From: a virus
Lineage: Duplodnaviria > Caudoviricetes
Reading direction: 5' to 3' (one strand)
Length of the DNA stretch: 64,000 nt
Virus record (IMG/VR): IMGVR_UViG_3300033757_000347
Shown: one piece after another, positions 57,171 to 64,000 of the stretch
Layout: every line of letters begins with the position of its first letter
How positions within the stretch are numbered: position 1 is the stretch's first letter
Program-made: the position numbers and the translations under genes
The notes under the pieces: generated by a model
Told to the model about the DNA's origin: nothing
Databases searched by the model: none
The model's input: the letters and a program-made list of their open reading frames with translations, nothing else

Positions 57171-57491
57171 ATGAAGCTGTTCCGCCAATTCAAACTGGGG
57201 AACACTCTTCACACTTGCAAGTACAGAATAGATAAGGAACTTGTAAAGCGGGCTAACCTTGGAGAACGCGCTCTCGACGAGCTCGTTCGCACAGAGATCT
57301 CTCACGTTTTAGCTGAGCAGATCGTAAATCAGCACAGATCGGAAATAAGTTCCGTCGAAGACGAGGAATTCGTCGAGTACGGAGTCCGGCTCATGGTCAT
57401 TGGTCTGAAAGACTTTAAGACTGTGGTCGAAGCGGCCATCCAAATGCTGCCGGAAGAACAAATAACAAAGATAAGAAATGGACAATCCTAA
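57171..57491 (+). CDS. Hypothetical protein
   Basis: ORF. Confidence 0.55.
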   Translation: MKLFRQFKLGNTLHTCKYRIDKELVKRANLGERALDELVRTEISHVLAEQIVNQHRSEISSVEDEEFVEYGVRLMVIGLKDFKTVVEAAIQMLPEEQITKIRNGQS

Positions 57492-57810
57492 AGTAATTTT
57501 TCAAAACGCTGAAGAGTGGATCAAGAAACTCTTCAAGGGTCTAGGAAATGCCCTAGTAATAGCAATCGTTCTAGTAGTTGGTTTTTTCATCGGTTACTAC
57601 TACTACGTTTTCACCAACAAACCGGTTCAAGAATCTCCGCTTGGTCACGTAAGAACCATGCAAGAAACGTCGGTCGCAGTTAACGAACGAAGCGAACTCA
57701 TGATCATAGATCGCTCTACTGGAAACTACACTGTGTACTGCGACTCGGTTGGTACAGCAATCTTTACGGTTTACGCCAACCAAAAATACCAGGAAGCGGT
57801 AAAGCCATGA
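57478..57810 (+). CDS. Membrane protein
   Basis: Single TM segment; coupled to the SLT gene. Confidence 0.6.
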   Translation: MDNPKVIFQNAEEWIKKLFKGLGNALVIAIVLVVGFFIGYYYYVFTNKPVQESPLGHVRTMQETSVAVNERSELMIIDRSTGNYTVYCDSVGTAIFTVYANQKYQEAVKP

Positions 57811-58313
57811 TACGCGCGAAATTAATCATATTTCTAGCGTCGCTGATGCTATTGGGCGCAGCCTGGTCTTACGAAACGACTAAAGTAACCCAGAAAAAGA
57901 TACAGACGGTCGGAACTCCTATTAGCAAGGGACCGCTAAGCATCAGAATGTACGACTACTTGGTTGAGTACTCGGAAAAGTACGAGGTACCTCTTCAGAT
58001 AGCACTGGGAATAGCTAAAGCAGAGACTGGGTACGAGGGACCGTTCCACTGGGACTACAATCCAGTTAGAGTTTCCAGCGCCGGAGCTTGCGGAGCCATG
58101 CAGATACTTCCGTCAACCGCGACTTACATATACGGCGAACGAGTAACGAAAGATCAACTGCTAAACGATCTTGAGTTGAACGTTGAAATTTCTATGAAGT
58201 ACATGGCGTACCTTTACAAAATGTTCAAGCGATGGGACATAGCTCTTGGGTACTATAACACCGGAACGCCGGTGGTCAATAACTACGCGATGCGCATCAT
58301 GAAAAACACATAA
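57807..58313 (+). CDS. Lytic transglycosylase (SLT domain)
   Basis: IAKAETG, SSAGACGAMQILPSTA, ALGYYNTG. Confidence 0.9.
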   Translation: MIRAKLIIFLASLMLLGAAWSYETTKVTQKKIQTVGTPISKGPLSIRMYDYLVEYSEKYEVPLQIALGIAKAETGYEGPFHWDYNPVRVSSAGACGAMQILPSTATYIYGERVTKDQLLNDLELNVEISMKYMAYLYKMFKRWDIALGYYNTGTPVVNNYAMRIMKNT

Positions 58314-58314
58314 C

Positions 58315-58575
58315 ATGGAAAAGAAACAAGTAATAGTAACAGTCTCAGGGGAGCCGGCTTCCGGAAAGTCCAGAATTGCTTACATCATTGCTCAACGCTT
58401 AGCTGGGTTAGGTTTAGAAGTAACGGTAGAGCCGACTGCTGACCACCCAACCACCGAAAATTTTGCTAACCAAATGAAACAGAATCTTCCTGAAGTCATC
58501 GAAGCTTTTGCTAAAACTCGATCGATTACTGTTCGTGAGGTGTGCACTCAAAAAGAACCTAAAACCAATGGCTGA
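58315..58575 (+). CDS. Small P-loop-containing protein
   Basis: GEPASGKS. Confidence 0.5.
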   Translation: MEKKQVIVTVSGEPASGKSRIAYIIAQRLAGLGLEVTVEPTADHPTTENFANQMKQNLPEVIEAFAKTRSITVREVCTQKEPKTNG

Positions 58576-58900
58576 TTTTTGTACACCGTGTTCAGCGGCA
58601 ATGTTCGGAGATCGTTTTCAGCCGGACATTAACTTAAGGGAAATCGCTGCAACTTTGGAAAATGGAACGTACGTTCCTGTCCTGTGCGAGGGTTGCGGCA
58701 TGAACGCAGTAGGAAAAGACGAAAATGGACAGGTCATCGTTCACATTCCTGAAAACGTCAGAGATGCCAGTTGCGAAATTTACCTATGGATTCCTCTAGA
58801 AGATTTCGAACGAGATCACTTAACTAAGTACTGGTACCATGCGCCGGAGCACCAAGAATTTTTAAGAGAAAGTGAAACAATTTCACCCCAAGTAGTATAA
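58568..58900 (+). CDS. Zn-binding hypothetical protein
   Basis: MADFCTPC..LCEGCG. Confidence 0.6.
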   Translation: MADFCTPCSAAMFGDRFQPDINLREIAATLENGTYVPVLCEGCGMNAVGKDENGQVIVHIPENVRDASCEIYLWIPLEDFERDHLTKYWYHAPEHQEFLRESETISPQVV

Positions 58901-58920
58901 TATCTAAAAATCACAACAAC

Positions 58921-61080
58921 ATGAATCACACAAAAATCGACCAGGGGTTTCACCTGGTTTCGCAGCAAGTTAGCGACAGGCGAGTTGTTGCAAATGTGAC
59001 AAAACCGACCAACCACGTGTTTGTGGTCGACGTGTCTGGCTCTATGAGCTGGGAATTGCCTCACATTCGCACCCAGCTTAAGAACAAACTCTCGACCTTA
59101 ATGAACCCGGGAGACACTATTTCCATCATCTGGTTCTCAGGAAGCAGCCAAGCCGGCATCCTCAAGGAAGAAGTCGAAGTGAAGTCCCTCAAGACTCTTA
59201 CCGACCTTCACGAGGCTGTTGACCGTTGGTTGAAGCCAGTCGGCCTCACAGCTTTCCTGAAACCTCTCCAGCTGGCAAAAGAAGTGGTCCAGCGCATCAA
59301 AAAGAACCGCCCAAGCAGCGTGTTCTCTCTCATCTTCCTCACTGACGGTTACAACAATGACTGCCCGTGGCCGGAAGTTATCAAATCTCTCAAGGAAATC
59401 GAACCCGATTTCTCTTCCTCCGTGTTCGTGGAATACGGCTACTATGCTGATTCAAAACGCCTTACTGAGATGGCTTCCATCATGGGTGGCGAAAAGATCA
59501 GCTGCGGCGGTTTCGACGAGTTCGAACCGATGTTTGACAAAAAGATCTCAACCGGCCTTACTGGCGGCAAGAAAGTTGTCGTCGACGTTCAGTCAGACCT
59601 TTACGACTTTGCTTTCTCAATCACTCCGTCCGGCGGTGTTGTCCTGTACAACATTGACAACGGAAAGATCATGGTGAGCGAGGACGTTGACCAGGTTTAC
59701 TACTTCTCAACTAAGGCTCTCGGTACTTCAGTCCTTCCGGACAATGCAGCGCTTTACGCAGCTGTCTACGTCCTGTCCGACAAACTTCTCAATGACGATG
59801 CTGAACGCATGTTCAACATGCTGAGCGACCCGTACCACTACCGCCTGCTCGCAAACGCCTTCGGAAAGCAGAAGCTCAATGCCTTCAAAGCTGCCGTTGC
59901 TGAGTGCGTTGCTGACGTTACGAAGAGGTTCCCTGAAGGAGTCTTCCCAATCACCAGGGTTGACGATCACGCTTACTGCGTCATGGACCTCATCAACGAT
60001 CTCGGTGAGATGGACAACAAGTTCTTCCCTGGCCACCCGGAATTCAATTACAACCGCATCGGACGCAAGCGCGTTACCGCGGTCAACGAAGCCGGCGAAC
60101 CTGAGCAGATCGACGCAAAGTTCATCCAGACCGACCCGAACCCTGGCTACGCTCTTACCAGCCTCGTCTGGAACGAAAATCGTGCCAACCTTTCCGTTCT
60201 CTGCAAGATCGAAGGAACGGTCGAGCTGCCGGACAACCAGTACGGCATCAAATCAGTTCCATCCTTCAAGTACAGGGCTTACACCCTCATCAAGGACGGT
60301 ATTCTCAACATCACCAAACTTCCGGTGAATTACACGAAGGAACTGTACGACCTGCTGCTCAGCCGCGGAATCAACGCTGAGATTCAGGAAGACTACATCA
60401 TCCTTGACCTTAGCAGCCTTCCTCTCGTGAACAGAGCGATGGTCCAGAACTGCTCAGCTAACGACCTGGCTCGCCAGGAATGGGAACTGATCAAGCTCCA
60501 GGGCCGCAAGAAAGTTTACGATTACTACAGGAAGAGCCTCTTCCCGAAGGAAAGCAAATCGTACGCTGAAACCTACGGCCAGGAAGCAGCAGAATGGCTG
60601 AAGCAGAACGGCATAACCGACTACAACGGTTTCTCGCCAAAAACAACGGCCGCTGAATCCACCGACTTCTACATGTCAGTCAACCTGTTCACCAAAGTGA
60701 AAGGCCTGTCGTCCCTGCCTAAAGTTGAGGACGTGATTGCCAACATGGCAAAGGGACCGATCACCAAACCGTCCGAATGGGTAATGGCAGTCGCTATCGA
60801 AGAGTACAACCAGCAGATCAATTCTCCGCTCTTCATGAGCATGAAACCGGAAGATCAGCAGAAAGCTCTTCAGAACTACATCATCACAAAGTCTGACGAA
60901 CTTAACAAAGCTCGCCGGGCAGCTCTACGCGAGATCGCGAAGACCAAGTTCTCCCTCATCCTTTCTAAGAAATGGTTCAAGGAGTTCAAGACCTTCGACG
61001 AGAACAAACTCACTCTCTTCCTGGACGGTCACCAGTTAGATTTCACTTTCGAAATGACCGAAAAGGCTGAGCAGATTTAA
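58921..61080 (+). CDS. Large vWA-domain protein
   Basis: VVDVSGSM, FLTDG; strongly biased codon usage. Confidence 0.8.
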   Translation: MNHTKIDQGFHLVSQQVSDRRVVANVTKPTNHVFVVDVSGSMSWELPHIRTQLKNKLSTLMNPGDTISIIWFSGSSQAGILKEEVEVKSLKTLTDLHEAVDRWLKPVGLTAFLKPLQLAKEVVQRIKKNRPSSVFSLIFLTDGYNNDCPWPEVIKSLKEIEPDFSSSVFVEYGYYADSKRLTEMASIMGGEKISCGGFDEFEPMFDKKISTGLTGGKKVVVDVQSDLYDFAFSITPSGGVVLYNIDNGKIMVSEDVDQVYYFSTKALGTSVLPDNAALYAAVYVLSDKLLNDDAERMFNMLSDPYHYRLLANAFGKQKLNAFKAAVAECVADVTKRFPEGVFPITRVDDHAYCVMDLINDLGEMDNKFFPGHPEFNYNRIGRKRVTAVNEAGEPEQIDAKFIQTDPNPGYALTSLVWNENRANLSVLCKIEGTVELPDNQYGIKSVPSFKYRAYTLIKDGILNITKLPVNYTKELYDLLLSRGINAEIQEDYIILDLSSLPLVNRAMVQNCSANDLARQEWELIKLQGRKKVYDYYRKSLFPKESKSYAETYGQEAAEWLKQNGITDYNGFSPKTTAAESTDFYMSVNLFTKVKGLSSLPKVEDVIANMAKGPITKPSEWVMAVAIEEYNQQINSPLFMSMKPEDQQKALQNYIITKSDELNKARRAALREIAKTKFSLILSKKWFKEFKTFDENKLTLFLDGHQLDFTFEMTEKAEQI

Positions 61081-61099
61081 TCATACAGCCTCCTTTCTT

Positions 61100-61137
61100 T
61101 GGACCGGGGCGGCCCTAAACGCCCCGGTCTTTTTTTG
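61100..61137 (+). terminator. Intrinsic terminator
   Basis: GACCGGGGCG..CGCCCCGGTC plus T-tract. Confidence 0.8.
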
Positions 61138-61170
61138 AACCGAGGAACGGCTGAGATCACCTTAAAAAAG

Positions 61171-61407
61171 ATGAATAAAACTATGAGTCAACGATCACAT
61201 GCATACCAGCTCACACGAGATGTGACCCAGGAAGAATGTCCATGGTTGGGTAGAGACTTCAAAAAAGGCGAGACCGTTTTTGAGTACTTGCAGTACACTT
61301 ACGGTTGCATAAGCCCAAGCGGAAAAGCTTTTACCGAGGTTTTCGACGAAACTCCATTCTTCGAACTTCCAATAGATTCTGTCGACCAGGAAGATCAATG
61401 CGGCTAA
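61171..61407 (+). CDS. Hypothetical protein
   Basis: ORF following the terminator. Confidence 0.55.
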   Translation: MNKTMSQRSHAYQLTRDVTQEECPWLGRDFKKGETVFEYLQYTYGCISPSGKAFTEVFDETPFFELPIDSVDQEDQCG

Positions 61408-61459
61408 TCCTTTCGAAACTCAATCGAATTGGTTAGTAAAAATTAGCAAAGAATTCCAA

Positions 61460-63184
61460 ATGACGGATCTGAAAAAAGAGTTCGAACAGTTCGTTCAAGC
61501 AAAGCACCCAGCACTACAGTTCAGACCTCAGCAAAAAGAGGTAATAATCGACATACTCGAAGCTTACTTTGAAGATCCAGAAGGCATCTATTTGTTGGAT
61601 GCTCCGACCGGTTCGGGAAAGTCGATCATTGCTATGCTAGCAGCAGACTTTCTCATTCACAAGGGAAAAAGAGGCTACATACTTGCATCGGATCTCGTTC
61701 TTCACCAGCAGTACGTCAACGATTTCAGGAGAATGCAGTTATGGAACTGGGGTAACGTGAAAGGTGTCGATAATTACACCTGCGCGGTGAACGGTGAAAG
61801 ATTTTCGGTTGGAGACTGCAAGAGCAAAGGAATGTCGTACCAAGCAGTCGAATCCTTACCGTGCTTCAAGCACTGCGGTTACTTGATGGCGAGAAGAAAA
61901 TCTATACGTTCTCCGTTAGCTCTTCTCACTTACCCGTACGCGCTCATTCAAAGAAATTACGTGGAAGAAAAGCAGACAACTCCGCCGTTTCCTAAGAGAG
62001 ATTTTGTGGTCTGCGACGAAGCGCACAAGATACTCGACATCGTTCAGGGTCACTTCAGCCCGTTAGTCTCGCACGACATCTACAAGAAAGTGGAAAGGCT
62101 ATCAGACGGGTTGTTTGAGATAGGCTTGAAACGACCAAAAATCGACATAAATCGACTCGAAAGATTGGTCAAAGACATTTACGCTGAAGAGGATCACGAC
62201 GTTCTTCTTACTCTGCTAAAAGAAGTCGAAAAGATACTCGAAAGTCTTGTTTCTTCGGTTGGAGACATCAGAGAAATTGCTGGTAAAGAGTTCGGCGAAG
62301 AAGATGTGCCACGAGAGTGGATAAAGGTGTTCAACCTTTACGACTGGTGCAAGGACTGTCACTGTAAGATCGAGGATTACTGCGACATCATAGACCAAGT
62401 CGGAGTAAGCAAGATGGTAAAGAACCCTGGCGAGAAAAGCATAGCTTTCAACTGCATAGACGAGTATTACTTGCTAGGAAAGCACTTTTTCAACCAGTTT
62501 GGGTTCAAGCTGCTGATGACAGCAACTGTAGGAAACCCAACCGACTTCATGAAGAACCACGGAATAAAGAACGCAAGGTACTTCAAGATGGATTCTCACT
62601 TCAAGTGGGACAACTCGCCCATCATTTACTATCCTGGAAAGAAAATGTCAGCTCGCCACTTAGACGATAACTTCGAGTGGGGAGTTAGGACGCTATCCGA
62701 AATCCTGGAAACACACCCAGAGGATTCAGGCATCATACACACTGGTTCTTATGAGCTCGGTCAAAGGTTGTGGCAGGCACTTCCAAAAGAGGTCAGGAAG
62801 CGGGTCCTTCTGTACAAAGGATCGGAGGAAAAGGACGTCATGCTCAAGAAGATGAAGAAGAAGAGGGGAACCGTTCTGATGGGACCGTCTCTTCTCGAAG
62901 GTTTGAACCTTATAGACGACCTTTCCAGGTTCCAAGTGTTCATGAAGGTGCCGTACCCTCACCTAGGAGACAAGTACGTTGCAGCAAAGTTAAAATTCTC
63001 GCAAAAATGGTACAACTGGAAGACCGAAATACTAATATTGCAGGGAATAGGCCGAAGTATTAGAAGTGAAACTGATTATGCTGTTACCTATTTTATAGAT
63101 GGATGCTTGGCTGATCTATTAAGAGATCCGAACTTATTCGCTACTTCTAATTTTAGAGATAGAATTAAAGTGGTATATAAGTAA
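61460..63184 (+). CDS. DinG/XPD-like SF2 helicase
   Basis: APTGSGKS, DEAH, MTAT, EGLNL, KVPYP, QGIGRSIRS. Confidence 0.9.
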   Translation: MTDLKKEFEQFVQAKHPALQFRPQQKEVIIDILEAYFEDPEGIYLLDAPTGSGKSIIAMLAADFLIHKGKRGYILASDLVLHQQYVNDFRRMQLWNWGNVKGVDNYTCAVNGERFSVGDCKSKGMSYQAVESLPCFKHCGYLMARRKSIRSPLALLTYPYALIQRNYVEEKQTTPPFPKRDFVVCDEAHKILDIVQGHFSPLVSHDIYKKVERLSDGLFEIGLKRPKIDINRLERLVKDIYAEEDHDVLLTLLKEVEKILESLVSSVGDIREIAGKEFGEEDVPREWIKVFNLYDWCKDCHCKIEDYCDIIDQVGVSKMVKNPGEKSIAFNCIDEYYLLGKHFFNQFGFKLLMTATVGNPTDFMKNHGIKNARYFKMDSHFKWDNSPIIYYPGKKMSARHLDDNFEWGVRTLSEILETHPEDSGIIHTGSYELGQRLWQALPKEVRKRVLLYKGSEEKDVMLKKMKKKRGTVLMGPSLLEGLNLIDDLSRFQVFMKVPYPHLGDKYVAAKLKFSQKWYNWKTEILILQGIGRSIRSETDYAVTYFIDGCLADLLRDPNLFATSNFRDRIKVVYK

Positions 63185-63222
63185 AGCAACGATGTGAGTT
63201 CTATAAATAGAAATAAACTCAC

Positions 63223-63987
63223 ATGCAAATCTATAAAATTACAAATTTAATAAATGGTAAAATTTATATTGGGAAAGATGAACATGATAGGCCTAACTAT
63301 TTTGGTTCTGGCAAAATTATAAAATTGGCAATTAACCAATATGGGTTAACTAACTTTAAAAAAGAAATACTTGAAATATGTAATAGTCGAGAGGAGTTAT
63401 GCGAACGTGAACAATTTTGGATCAAGCATGTAAATACTAAAAGTCCTATTGGATATAATATAGCGAATGGTGGAAATGGCGGAGATACGACAACACATCA
63501 TCCAAATAAAATCCAAATAATAGAAAAAAGAAAAATTTCAAACACTGGTAAAAAACGGTCGCCTAAGTTTTGTCAACTCATGAGTACTATTAGTTTAAAC
63601 ATAAATAAACAAACTAGACTCTTAAGTGGGCAAAAAGCAGCAAAAACTAAAAGTAAAAGATGGAATGATACTGGATATACACATAAAGAATTAGAGGGTA
63701 GAACCGTGTGCACTAAAAAATTAATCGAATATAATAAGAGTGACACTGGACGAAAAACTATATCTGAAAAACTAAAAAATAAATCAAAAAAGCCATTTAC
63801 TGAAGAACATAAACTAAATATTGGAAAAGCAAGTAAGGGAAGGCCTGGACCAAATCAAAAAAGAATCGTAGTGAATGGCGAAAATTTCGAAAGCTTACAT
63901 CATGCAGCTAGGTCATTGAACTTATCAGTTACTACGATAAGATACAGATTACTCAGTAAAAAATTCGAAACATGGCAATATTCCTAA
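63223..63987 (+). mobile_element. GIY-YIG homing endonuclease
   Basis: IYKITNLINGKIYIG, YFGSG, GYNIANGGNGG. Confidence 0.85.
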
Positions 63988-64000
63988 ATACTTCAAAAAC

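Noticed and set aside
140-63063. Short minus-strand and alternate-frame ORFs nested in long + strand genes
   Set aside because: Shadow ORFs without motifs. Only the amidase (9731-10396) and possibly 31340-31537 are credible minus-strand genes.
1-64000. Genome-wide TAG reassignment (genetic code 15/16)
   Set aside because: Long conserved genes are intact under code 11, and several end at TAG at their natural C-terminus (for example nrdJ just after its terminal Cys pair)

Overview
A 64-kb segment of a large, T4-like/jumbo tailed phage genome. Almost all genes are on the + strand. The host is probably in Bacteroidota (A-rich start regions without Shine-Dalgarno sequences, Bacteroidetes-style lipoproteins; this is inference). 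The left arm carries two type II topoisomerase subunits, PRPP synthetase, an amidase and a sugar-modification cluster. It also carries a class II ribonucleotide reductase broken into three genes by two split inteins, with a free-standing endonuclease in each gap. The centre (about 28.9-53.3 kb) looks like an integrated translation-rescue locus with five parts. (1) A 42-codon leader peptide contains all 20 amino acids in its first 32 codons and is wired to an antiterminator/terminator pair. It looks like a ribosome-stalling attenuator that could sense loss of any tRNA. (2) Directly downstream lies an array of about 42 tRNAs covering all 20 amino acids, invaded by endonuclease genes and including a minimal RNase P RNA. 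(3) A Ro60/TROVE gene is accompanied by at least ten RNAs that share one bulged-helix module fused to tRNA parts in several topologies. These are candidate Y RNAs or tRNA decoys. (4) An RNA ligase, phosphatases and a PTH2-type peptidyl-tRNA hydrolase follow. (5) An amber-suppressor tRNA sits near three short amber-terminated leaders and an in-frame TAG inside the PTH2 gene, which suggests amber-gated regulation in a genome that otherwise uses TAG as stop. The right arm has a glycosyltransferase-like gene, a LamG protein, a lytic transglycosylase, a vWA protein and a DinG-like helicase. All calls come from reading motifs by eye; no searches or folding programs were run. RNA ends may be off by a few nucleotides, and several single-base frameshifts at T-runs suggest the assembly contains indel errors.
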